A stretch of 64,000 nt of DNA. Origin: a virus. A program made the translations under genes and the position numbers. Below the pieces are notes generated by a model. The model saw only the letters and a list, made by a program, of their open reading frames with translations. It had not been told where the DNA came from and made no database searches. Numbering within the stretch: position 1 is the first letter of the stretch; each line of letters begins with the position of its first letter. Of the stretch, positions 1 through 8,850 are shown in pieces. The DNA is taken from the IMG/VR virus record IMGVR_UViG_3300027749_000065, positions 1-64,000 of that record, one strand, 5' to 3'.

Positions 1-72
1 GTTAATAATAAGTACTTCGGTGTTATTACCGTAAGAGGTATTCAAGTATTTAACAACGATACATTGAGATAA
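1..72 (+). CDS. Major capsid protein (T4 gp23-like), C-terminal fragment
   Basis: Frame 1 reads VNNKYFGVITVRGIQVFNNDTLR*, resembling the C-terminus of gp23-like capsid proteins of large myoviruses; followed by a strong terminator. Confidence 0.65.
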   Translation, partial: VNNKYFGVITVRGIQVFNNDTLR

Positions 73-87
73 TCTCATAAAAAAAAC

Positions 88-131
88 AAAACCAAAAAAC
101 CTTCGAGAAATCGAGGGTTTTTTTTTGGTTT
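88..131 (+). terminator. Rho-independent terminator
   Basis: AAAAAACCTTCGA-GAAA-TCGAGGGTTTTTTTTT: stem, GNRA loop and U tract. Confidence 0.9.
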
Positions 132-150
132 AAAATTAAATGGATTGTAA

Positions 151-182
151 GTTGTTTTATATCATATTTATTATTATATTTG
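151..182 (+). promoter_or_regulatory. Bacteroidota-type sigma70 promoter
   Basis: GTTG (151-154), 20 nt, TATATTTG (175-182); ATG 4 nt later. Confidence 0.6.
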
Positions 183-186
183 ATTT

Positions 187-1902
187 ATGAAAAGAATTTT
201 AGATAATAAAGATATTGAAAATATAATAAGATTATATAAAACTGATGTTAAAAGTACGCATAAGTTAAGTGAAATGTTTGGTGTTGGTCATAAAAAGATT
301 TCACAGGTATTAAAAGAGAATAATGTTGAAATAAATAAAAAGGGTGGTCAGGAAAAAATTGGAAATAGTGATATTATTGAAAAATCTAAAATAAATCGTT
401 ATGTGACAGATACAATTGGTCATAAATTAATTGTGGTATGTAAAAAAACAAATAAAATCTTTGATGATGTAAATAATGTATCTGGTTGTTTGACAAGACA
501 TATTGTTGAAACATATGGTGATGTTGACATTCCGGTCACAAATTACCAAAGAAAAAAATATGAACATATCAATAATAAGAAATGGTTTGAAGAATATTTT
601 GATATAAGAGAAATACTAAAAAAAGATTATAGGAAATGTTGTTTATGTGACTGGGAGACTACTGATATTGAAAATAAAACTGGATGTTTTGAGACTCATA
701 TCAATAGTGTTCATAAAATAACATTAAATGAATATTTAGAAAAATTTCCACAAGATATTAAATACCATAAAACTTATTTAAAGGAAAAAGAAAGAATTAC
801 TGAATTTTTAGATGAAAAAAATTATGTGAGATGTAAGTTATGTGATCAAAAAATGAAAACAATCACCAATAAACACCTTATGGAAAAACATAACATTTCT
901 TGTTATGATTATAAGATAAAATTTCCAAATGAAATATTATCATCAAAATTGACTAGAAGTAAAATGAGTCATAATACTAAGATGAGTAATATTAATATGT
1001 CTCCAACATGGTCATCAAGTGGTGAAATTGAGTTAAGGGAATTTATTGAATCTTTAGGTTTTAAAACTGAAAAGGGTAAAAATAGAAAAATTTTAAATGG
1101 TAAAGAGATAGATATTATAATACCAGAGTTTAAAATTGGGATAGAGTACAATGGTTTATATTTTCATACCGAAAAAATGGGTAAAAATAGTTCATATCAT
1201 TTGAATAAAACAATTGAATGTAATAAAATTGGTTATAAATTAATTCAAATATTTGAAGATGAGTGGGTTGTAAAAAAAGATTTAGTTAAAAGTAAAATTA
1301 GACATATTTTAAAAATAAATAATGGTATTAAAATTGGTGGAAGAAACGTTATCATAAAAAGAATCGACTCATTATTAAAGTCTAATTTTTTAAACATAAA
1401 TCACATACAAGGAAACGATAATTCAAAAATACATTATGGTGGATTTTATAAAAATGAATTAATTGGTGTGATGACATTTAACGATAAAAGAAATATGACA
1501 AAAAACAAAGATGAACAATATGAATTATCAAGGTATTCAATTAAAGAAGGATATGTTGTTAATGGGTTGGCATCTAAATTTATAAAAACATTTAAAAATG
1601 AATATTCCCCAAAAAATATTATCAGTTTTGCTGATAGAAGATGGACATTAGATCCTGAAAATAATTTATATATTAAAATGGGGTTTAAATTAGTTGGTAT
1701 AAACAAACCTACCTACACTTATTACAATTCAAAAAAAAATAAATATAAACGTTTTCATAAATTTGGTTTTGGAAAAAACTCTTTAAAATTAAAACATCCA
1801 GATTTAGATTTTACAAAATCAGAAAAAACATTAATGAATGAACTTGGTTATGAGAGAATTTGGGATTGTGGGATGTTTAAATATGAATTATTTTTTGATT
1901 AA
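187..1902 (+). CDS. Free-standing homing endonuclease, Hef-like PD-(D/E)XK, with zinc fingers
   Basis: CxxC...H motifs; EIDI..IGIEYNGLYFH nuclease motif; NHIQG, ELSRY, ISFADRRW and C-terminal RIWDCG; paralogous to 44143..45666. Confidence 0.8.
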   Translation: MKRILDNKDIENIIRLYKTDVKSTHKLSEMFGVGHKKISQVLKENNVEINKKGGQEKIGNSDIIEKSKINRYVTDTIGHKLIVVCKKTNKIFDDVNNVSGCLTRHIVETYGDVDIPVTNYQRKKYEHINNKKWFEEYFDIREILKKDYRKCCLCDWETTDIENKTGCFETHINSVHKITLNEYLEKFPQDIKYHKTYLKEKERITEFLDEKNYVRCKLCDQKMKTITNKHLMEKHNISCYDYKIKFPNEILSSKLTRSKMSHNTKMSNINMSPTWSSSGEIELREFIESLGFKTEKGKNRKILNGKEIDIIIPEFKIGIEYNGLYFHTEKMGKNSSYHLNKTIECNKIGYKLIQIFEDEWVVKKDLVKSKIRHILKINNGIKIGGRNVIIKRIDSLLKSNFLNINHIQGNDNSKIHYGGFYKNELIGVMTFNDKRNMTKNKDEQYELSRYSIKEGYVVNGLASKFIKTFKNEYSPKNIISFADRRWTLDPENNLYIKMGFKLVGINKPTYTYYNSKKNKYKRFHKFGFGKNSLKLKHPDLDFTKSEKTLMNELGYERIWDCGMFKYELFFD

Positions 1903-1924
1903 TAATTTTTTTTAACTATATTTG
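1894..1924 (+). promoter_or_regulatory. Bacteroidota-type sigma70 promoter
   Basis: TTTG (1894-1897), 19 nt, TATATTTG (1917-1924); ATG at 1929. Confidence 0.75.
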
Positions 1925-1928
1925 TGTA

Positions 1929-2237
1929 ATGGGAGAAATTGAATATGAAAAGTTACGTTTGGATGTTTTACAAAAATTAATTGAGGAACGTGGTATTGAA
2001 TGTAAATCAAATAAAACAGAAATAATAAAACATCTTATAATGGATGATGAAGGAAAGTATATTAGAGAAACAACATATGAAAAATACGATAAAGATATGT
2101 TCTTATGTGGTATTGACATAAAAAATCAAAAACACATTATGGACATGAGTAAACTAATAGAAAAAAAAGAAGCAAAAAGATTTAATATGTATTCAAATAA
2201 TAGAATACATTATATAACAAAACAAAAATTAATGTAA
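1929..2237 (+). CDS. Small protein with N-terminal SAP/HeH-like nucleic-acid-binding motif
   Basis: YEKLRLDVLQKLIEERGI..NKTEIIKHL helix-extended-helix pattern. Confidence 0.5.
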   Translation: MGEIEYEKLRLDVLQKLIEERGIECKSNKTEIIKHLIMDDEGKYIRETTYEKYDKDMFLCGIDIKNQKHIMDMSKLIEKKEAKRFNMYSNNRIHYITKQKLM

Positions 2238-2677
2238 TGGAGTGGAATGAGTATTTTTTAGGTATTGCAGAACAAGTAAAATTAAAATCAAAAGATATTA
2301 ACACACAGATAGGTGCAGTTATCGTTGGTAGTGATAAGGAGATACTTTCTACGGGTTATAATTCATTTCCAAGGGGTTTGGATGATACGAAAGAAGAACG
2401 TCAGGAAAGACCTGAAAAATACTTTTGGATGGTTCATGCCGAAGCAAATGCAATATATAATGCTGCGAGAGTTGGAACACCAATAAAAGACTCTTCAATG
2501 TATATTACATCAGGTGTACCATGTATGGATTGTGCAAGAGGGATTATAAACTCTGGTATTAAGAAAGTATATTGTAAACGAGTTTGTACTACTACAAATA
2601 AAGATATGTGGGAAGAACACCAAAAACGTAGTATTGATATGTTACATGAATGTGGTGTGGATGTTATATTTTATTAG
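2237..2677 (+). CDS. dCMP deaminase
   Basis: TGYN, HAEANAI and PCMDC zinc-binding motifs. Confidence 0.93.
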   Translation: MEWNEYFLGIAEQVKLKSKDINTQIGAVIVGSDKEILSTGYNSFPRGLDDTKEERQERPEKYFWMVHAEANAIYNAARVGTPIKDSSMYITSGVPCMDCARGIINSGIKKVYCKRVCTTTNKDMWEEHQKRSIDMLHECGVDVIFY

Positions 2678-3164
2678 GTAATTGATCGTAATAATTTTTT
2701 AATTGATGTTCATATTCAAAATATTTTATATTATCCGGTGGGTTATAATTAACCATTTCTCTACCTTTAATAACCAAACCATCATAACCTAAATCTAACA
2801 TTTCAGTTCTTATATCAGTTTGATTAAAAAATTCATTAGGTTTATATGAGATATTACGTTCTTTACACCAATTATTAATTACATTTTGAAGAAAGATTTC
2901 TGCCAAATTTGTATCATGAACAACTTTTGGTGTTTTTGGAATTGCGTTTAATACGAAATAAACTTTACCGTATTTGTTTGCCATGTCTTTATTACCTAAA
3001 AACGCAGTATATAAACCAGAACCAAATCTACCTCCACCATTGTTTTCTTTTCCAAGTTCTGTAACACCACGTAATGTCACGTTTTTACGTTTCCATTTGA
3101 GATAATCTTTATGAGATTGTTCGTATAATATTTTAAATTGATTTTCTGTTATAATTATTTTCAT
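2664..3164 (-). CDS. ADP-ribosyltransferase-fold (ART-PolyVal-like) protein with N-terminal KIIITExQ leader
   Basis: LRG...FGSGLY...ANKYG.VY and GYDG....E.V.YNP pattern. Confidence 0.5.
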   Translation of the reverse strand: MKIIITENQFKILYEQSHKDYLKWKRKNVTLRGVTELGKENNGGGRFGSGLYTAFLGNKDMANKYGKVYFVLNAIPKTPKVVHDTNLAEIFLQNVINNWCKERNISYKPNEFFNQTDIRTEMLDLGYDGLVIKGREMVNYNPPDNIKYFEYEHQLKNYYDQLPNKI

Positions 3165-4087
3165 AATAACGATTTAATAATTCTATTAATGTAGTTTGGT
3201 GGAGTTCTTTTTATGTTATTTTGATTGGTTACCGAACCTTTAATCCATTCGCTTAAATCACTAATTTCATTATAGTCAACATCAGTATCATCATCAATTA
3301 AATCAACGTATTTACTCCAAGTCTTATCATAACCTTCCTTTGTCATCATTTCTAAAAAATCAGCTGCCATTGGGTGTTTTTTTCTTATAAAATCAATAAC
3401 TTTTGGTGAAATGTGTTTATTTAAATTTTTTAATAATATTTCATTAATTTGTATATAATATTTATTGATTAATTTTGTTATTTTTAATTTTTCTAGTATG
3501 ATTATAAAATATTCTTTTTCATCTTTTCCGATGTATCTTTTCACATCATAAACTTCAGCAAGATGTTGTGGTGTTTTTCCAATTAATTTATTTGAATTAA
3601 CCGCTTCGGTTTTATCGGTAGTTATTTTTAATACTTTATCGTTTCCGATGTCGTATGCCATTCCAAACTCACCACCCTTACCTAATTTTCTATGTTTTAA
3701 TTCTGTGAATTTTTTAATTATTTTAGATAAACTTCTATTATCAATATTAAGTTTTGTTTCATCTAACTCTAAATTTTGTACATCAGTTTCAAAGTTTTCA
3801 AAAAAATTTCCAAAACCAATATCGAAATAACCTATATTACCATTCTTTTTAAAACCGATATTATTTAAATTAACAAAATCTTCAGAATTAATATGATAAT
3901 ATTTTAATTCATCGATTATCCCAATAAATTGATTAAAAACCCATAAAAGTTTTTTATCATCAATTTTAACATTAGGTTTATCATTATAAACATAATAATT
4001 AATCAAGATTTCGGATACATAATCAATATCATTACTTTCAGTTAAAATTAATTTTTTTAATTGTGATTCGTTTAATAAGATTTTCAT
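3161..4087 (-). CDS. Protein kinase-like protein with lobes in permuted order
   Basis: HINSEDF..NN and YFDIG precede LGKGGEFGMAY and VLKIT..E. Confidence 0.5.
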   Translation of the reverse strand: MKILLNESQLKKLILTESNDIDYVSEILINYYVYNDKPNVKIDDKKLLWVFNQFIGIIDELKYYHINSEDFVNLNNIGFKKNGNIGYFDIGFGNFFENFETDVQNLELDETKLNIDNRSLSKIIKKFTELKHRKLGKGGEFGMAYDIGNDKVLKITTDKTEAVNSNKLIGKTPQHLAEVYDVKRYIGKDEKEYFIIILEKLKITKLINKYYIQINEILLKNLNKHISPKVIDFIRKKHPMAADFLEMMTKEGYDKTWSKYVDLIDDDTDVDYNEISDLSEWIKGSVTNQNNIKRTPPNYINRIIKSLL

Positions 4088-4116
4088 ATTAATTAAAGTT
4101 ATTATATTAAAAAACC

Positions 4117-4890
4117 TTATTTATCATTTGATAATTTAGTATCTTTTATGAATTTAGTATGAGAATTTTTATAAGATTTTTGTGATTCATCTTCCACATC
4201 TTTTGTGTATTGCCAGTTCCAATATAAATTATCGTTTGGTTTGAAACCATAAAATCTATGTACTTCTTTTTGTAGATTATTTACATTTTCACCATTCCAA
4301 TTTTGACCAACACATATATAACCAGTTTCAATATCTTTTATTATATTAGTTTCTCCAAGTGTTGTATGTCTATTCTCCAACCAATTTAATCTTTCAATTA
4401 GATTTTGATAATACATATTAGTTTGTCCCCATCTTATTGAACTAAAAAAAATAACAGTATCAGATTCAAACAATTCTTTAGATATTTTCCATAACTCGTC
4501 AGATTTGTTATTGATATTCACCCAACATCTATGATGTCCTGTTGGGTTCTTATTTTTATCTTTAAGTTCCGCATCTTTTAATCCACAACTATTACCGTCT
4601 TTTCTTGATACATTACCTTCACAAGGTAATATTTTTAGGTCGGTAACATCAATTAAAACACAATCATCACCTAATTCTTCTTTAATATACATCGCTAATA
4701 ATTTTGACTTAGGTATATCAATATTAACTTCATCAAAATTATATCTATTTGAACAACTTAATAATAGAATTTTTTTCTTTGTTTTAAGAATATCTATTGT
4801 CTTTTTTATTGACTTCCAAGCATCTGATTGAACCATTTCCTCGGAAATCATTATTTGTCTTATTCTTTCTATATTTTCGTTTAAATTCAT
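4117..4890 (-). CDS. Flavodoxin-fold NAD(P)H-dependent FMN reductase / iron-sulfur flavoprotein-like protein
   Basis: LLLSCSNR, ILPCEG..CG..HRC Cys cluster, SDTVIFFSSIRWG, LIERL. Confidence 0.75.
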   Translation of the reverse strand: MNLNENIERIRQIMISEEMVQSDAWKSIKKTIDILKTKKKILLLSCSNRYNFDEVNIDIPKSKLLAMYIKEELGDDCVLIDVTDLKILPCEGNVSRKDGNSCGLKDAELKDKNKNPTGHHRCWVNINNKSDELWKISKELFESDTVIFFSSIRWGQTNMYYQNLIERLNWLENRHTTLGETNIIKDIETGYICVGQNWNGENVNNLQKEVHRFYGFKPNDNLYWNWQYTKDVEDESQKSYKNSHTKFIKDTKLSNDK

Positions 4891-4983
4891 ATTAATATAA
4901 ATATAATAAAAAAATAAATAAATTTTACCATATTTTACATGTCCAATATGAAATTTTGTTATATTTATAATAAAAGGTAAGTT

Positions 4984-5877
4984 ATGATAATTTATAAATC
5001 AACAAATAAAGTTAATGGTAAGATATATATTGGACAAACAATTAATAGTTTGGAATCAAGAATTAAAAATCATATCAAAGAAAGTAAAAAAGAAAATGTA
5101 ATAAGACCATTTTTAAAAGCAATAAAAAAATATGGTATTGAAAATTTTTCATTTGAAATAATTGATCATGCAAATAATTTAGACGAATTAAATGAAAAAG
5201 AAATAATTTGGATTAGTGAATTTAATTCAATTTTACCTAATGGTTATAACATAACTGGAGGTGGACAAGGTAAAAAATTAAAGACAACAGATGAATTTAA
5301 AAAAACAATATCAGAAGGATTAAAAAAATCAGAAAAATGGCAAAAAATATTACAAAGTGAAGAATATCAAAATAAAATAAAAAATAATTTTATTGCATTT
5401 AATAAGGGTAAAAAATTCACAAAAGAACATAAAGATAAAATTTGGGAAGGAAATAAAGAACGAATTTTAAAATATAATAAAAGTACCTCTAAAGAATGGA
5501 TTATTGTTGATGTAAATAACAATATAAAAAGAATAACAGGAAAAGAAGAGTATTTTAAAAATTTAGGGATGGATTCTGGTAATATGAGTAGAATGGCAAA
5601 TAAACTAAATAAAAATAAAGTAATTAAAAGATATAACGGATATTATTGTTTCATTAATAATGGGGAATCTGATGAGATAATATTAAATAATGTTATAGAA
5701 TTAGACAATATTTATAAAACAGAGTTTAATATTTATAATAAAATAACACAAGAGACTAAAATAATAAAAAAAGATGAAATATATTCTTTCTGTGTGAGAG
5801 AAAGTCATGATTATTCATCTTTTTTAAGAATGATTAAAGGTAAATTTAAAACATATAAAAATTGGAGTCTTAAATAA
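4984..5877 (+). CDS. GIY-YIG homing endonuclease (Seg-like)
   Basis: MIIYKSTNKVNGKIYIGQT, R..H, catalytic E, GYN.T.GG; lies antisense within a minus-strand cluster. Confidence 0.9.
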   Translation: MIIYKSTNKVNGKIYIGQTINSLESRIKNHIKESKKENVIRPFLKAIKKYGIENFSFEIIDHANNLDELNEKEIIWISEFNSILPNGYNITGGGQGKKLKTTDEFKKTISEGLKKSEKWQKILQSEEYQNKIKNNFIAFNKGKKFTKEHKDKIWEGNKERILKYNKSTSKEWIIVDVNNNIKRITGKEEYFKNLGMDSGNMSRMANKLNKNKVIKRYNGYYCFINNGESDEIILNNVIELDNIYKTEFNIYNKITQETKIIKKDEIYSFCVRESHDYSSFLRMIKGKFKTYKNWSLK

Positions 5878-5878
5878 A

Positions 5879-5920
5879 AAAAAATATCTTATAAAATTAT
5901 AATTTTATAAGATATTTTTT
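5879..5920. terminator. Perfect 42-bp palindrome, bidirectional terminator
   Basis: AAAAAATATCTTATAAAATTA|TAATTTTATAAGATATTTTTT between convergent genes. Confidence 0.8.
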
Positions 5921-5922
5921 AA

Positions 5923-6666
5923 CTACCAGGCTCTGCAACTCCAGTAGCGCGGGCGATCTCTTGGACCTGGATTATCACATTTCATTCTTGCTCTAAATGA
6001 TTTTCTTCTTTCTGGATTATTTTTCTTAATAACCATTCTTTTACCATGAGCTGATTTACCACCAAAACCAAAGTTTACTTTAACGACTTTACCTTTATCA
6101 TTTTTAACAAAAACTCTAAATTTTTTGATGTCTCCCTGCATGATTTTACCCAACTGAACTTTTCTACCTTGGTATTCGGCTTCATTCAATAATTCATCAG
6201 GAATAAAATTAGTGTTTTGAACTGACCCAAATTCATCTTCAAAGATGATATCATTATTTTCATCAAATTCATTTAAAGAATGTATTTCTTTTAAAATTAA
6301 ATTTGTAATGTCACTTATAATTTCTTCATTATAATGAGTTAATTTAGGGGTATTACCAGTACCACTTTTTGGGTGTGTTTTTTCTGCGTTTCTTTTTTGA
6401 TTTGTCATTCCTTTCTTTTCTTTTTTTGTATATGAACTAGCGGTTTTTGGGGTTTCTTTTGAAACTTTTTTGGATGGTCTACATTTTGGGTAACTTCCAT
6501 CTGCTGCTTTCTTTCTTCCACATGGTGGATGTTTTCCATTAACCTTTTTGCTAACATCTACCCACTTTTCTTTAAACCATCTATTAAGATCTTCTTTTAA
6601 AACCTCACCAGATTCTAAAGATTCTTGAATATATTTTAAATCTTCTTTATTTACTAATATTTTCAT
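5923..6666 (-). CDS. Two-domain phage protein (DUF5872-like plus DUF6321-like)
   Basis: LNRWFKEKWVD..PCGR..YPKCRP, then AEYQGRKV..VKVNFG..SFRAR..RYWSC. Confidence 0.6.
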   Translation of the reverse strand: MKILVNKEDLKYIQESLESGEVLKEDLNRWFKEKWVDVSKKVNGKHPPCGRKKAADGSYPKCRPSKKVSKETPKTASSYTKKEKKGMTNQKRNAEKTHPKSGTGNTPKLTHYNEEIISDITNLILKEIHSLNEFDENNDIIFEDEFGSVQNTNFIPDELLNEAEYQGRKVQLGKIMQGDIKKFRVFVKNDKGKVVKVNFGFGGKSAHGKRMVIKKNNPERRKSFRARMKCDNPGPRDRPRYWSCRAW

Positions 6667-6674
6667 TTTATATA

Positions 6675-6890
6675 TTATTTAACTGTTCTCCATCCACCAC
6701 CTTTGGATTTATATCTTTTAGATGCGGCACCATTACAATATGCACTTGGACAGACTTTGTATTTAGATCTTGCCCACGCTAAACAACTAGCCCATAATTT
6801 TGAATTTGTTGGTTTATGTTTTGCTTCATCAATTTCCATTTCTTCATTAAGGATTAATTTTAATTGTTCTTCTGTTATTATTATTTTCAT
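6675..6890 (-). CDS. Small basic phage protein with KIIITEEQL leader
   Basis: KPTNSKLW..KYKVCPSAY..YKSKGGGW. Confidence 0.65.
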   Translation of the reverse strand: MKIIITEEQLKLILNEEMEIDEAKHKPTNSKLWASCLAWARSKYKVCPSAYCNGAASKRYKSKGGGWRTVK

Positions 6891-6896
6891 AATTTA

Positions 6897-7442
6897 TTAA
6901 TTAATATATGCGTTTAGTTCGTATTTTTTACCCAAGTGAGTTACTTGTATTTGTAATGCTTTTCTTTGTTCTTTTCCGTTTTTGTAAAGGGTTATGGTAA
7001 ATCTATTTGTTTTACCATCTCTTGGTCTAGCAGGACCCAGTCCTATTTTGGTTGATGTTTCATCTTTATCATATTCATAACCTCTTGATTCTGCGTATTC
7101 TAATGCTGAATTTATTGCGGAGGTATAAGAATCATGGTATGTTTCATAATCAGATTTTGATTCATTTAAATTTTGTTGTTCAAAATAACCTTCCATAAAA
7201 TTTGCAACTTCTTCGATGTCATCTTTTGATGTTGTGATATGATCTGCTGCCCAAGCATGTTCACCAGTTATTAATTTATCAAAACCTGGATGATGTTTAA
7301 AATTTAATATTTTTTCAATATCATTTTTCATATTTATTAAATTAGAAAGAACCATATAAGTTCCATCATTTTTTTCTTCTTCCATTTGTTCAGAAAGAAT
7401 TCTTTTTAATTGTTCTTCTGTTATTTTAATTTTTGTTTTCAT
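6897..7442 (-). CDS. Hypothetical protein with KIKITEEQL leader
   Basis: Start moved to ATG 7442, 5 nt after a TATTTAT motif. Confidence 0.7.
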   Translation of the reverse strand: MKTKIKITEEQLKRILSEQMEEEKNDGTYMVLSNLINMKNDIEKILNFKHHPGFDKLITGEHAWAADHITTSKDDIEEVANFMEGYFEQQNLNESKSDYETYHDSYTSAINSALEYAESRGYEYDKDETSTKIGLGPARPRDGKTNRFTITLYKNGKEQRKALQIQVTHLGKKYELNAYIN

Positions 7443-7455
7443 AATATATAAATAC

Positions 7456-8826
7456 TTATTTTTCTGATACAATTTCAAATTTTATTTGATCTTTATAATA
7501 AATTTCTTCTGTATGTGTATGACCTTTAAATTCCATATAATATTCTCTTGGAATTAAGTAATTGGTATCTAAATAGAAGGAATTTTCATTGGTAACATCT
7601 AATTGTGTCCAATTGTAAACAATGATATCGGTATGTCCTTCTTTTACAAAAAGTCTATAATAAACTTCTTTAAATAATTGTGTTTTTGGTGTGTCTATTG
7701 ATCTAAATGAAACAACAACTTTTCTTATATCACCTTGTTTTATTTTATCGGATTGTTTTATTCCAAAATATTGTATTGAGTATCTTTGTAGTTCTGTTTG
7801 ATTACCTCCAACTGTAAAATTTGCGGTATATGGATTTGGTACAAATTTTTGTGTTACATCATTAATTAATATACCATCTATGCTTATTGATTTCCACTTA
7901 TCATAGAAGAATCTTCTACCATCACAAATTTGTCCTGAGAGACCCAAGGTGACTTTATAAATACCTTTCCTAACCTTTGTTGTGGTTAATCCTGTAAGTG
8001 TTGAAATTGGGGTCTTTGATGTATCTAATATGTCAACAGTAGGAAGGTAATCTAAATCATAGAAATTAGTTCCTTTTGTAACATATAAATATAAATTTTG
8101 TGGTGTTCTTTCTATGAATAATTCTCTATCATCATCTATTTTATCATCAAAAATTGTTTCCACAAAAGGTTCAAAAAATGTTTGTGTGTATTTAGTAAAA
8201 AAGGCAACTGATTGTTCAAGGGAATTTGTTATACTTTGATATGGGATATCGAAAGCTAAACCCAATCCATAATTGGTAGAACCTCCGGTTAAAATACTAT
8301 TAATGTAGGATGTGATATCTGACTTAATATTTTCATTACCATTATCAAAATGTATTTTGGTTATTGTATTTGCAGTTAATTCATAAATACCTGATTTTGT
8401 CCAACCACTTAATGTTGTTTTATTATACCAGTTAGATGGTTTTGCGTCATATGTATGATTGTCTATCGATATATCTGAAGTGTATTCATAATCATACCCT
8501 GTTCCTTCATCCCAATATTCATCTATTCTAAAAACAATTAAATCAAAAGAACTAGTTCTTTGTTTTCCAGTACCCTTAATTTCATTTCGCATTGTTTCAT
8601 CACCAAATATCGTATTGGTCATGTTAAGATAATGTTTCGTATTATTATCTAATATAAAATCACCATTATTTATTTTGGTTTTTAATTCATTTAAATCTAC
8701 TTTAAAAATAAATTTTGAAAATCCATATCCGTAATATAATTCAGTTGCCGGAAATTTAGCGGTATTTACATACGAATTTTTAATTATTGTATTGTTTTTT
8801 TCAAAATATGAACGATAATATGACAT
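7456..8826 (-). CDS. Putative virion structural protein
   Basis: 456-aa beta-rich ORF with late motif upstream; W.EG.GYDY and [ST]GxT motifs. Confidence 0.55.
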   Translation of the reverse strand: MSYYRSYFEKNNTIIKNSYVNTAKFPATELYYGYGFSKFIFKVDLNELKTKINNGDFILDNNTKHYLNMTNTIFGDETMRNEIKGTGKQRTSSFDLIVFRIDEYWDEGTGYDYEYTSDISIDNHTYDAKPSNWYNKTTLSGWTKSGIYELTANTITKIHFDNGNENIKSDITSYINSILTGGSTNYGLGLAFDIPYQSITNSLEQSVAFFTKYTQTFFEPFVETIFDDKIDDDRELFIERTPQNLYLYVTKGTNFYDLDYLPTVDILDTSKTPISTLTGLTTTKVRKGIYKVTLGLSGQICDGRRFFYDKWKSISIDGILINDVTQKFVPNPYTANFTVGGNQTELQRYSIQYFGIKQSDKIKQGDIRKVVVSFRSIDTPKTQLFKEVYYRLFVKEGHTDIIVYNWTQLDVTNENSFYLDTNYLIPREYYMEFKGHTHTEEIYYKDQIKFEIVSEK

Positions 8827-8850
8827 CTTTTTTTATTATAAATATCTCAA

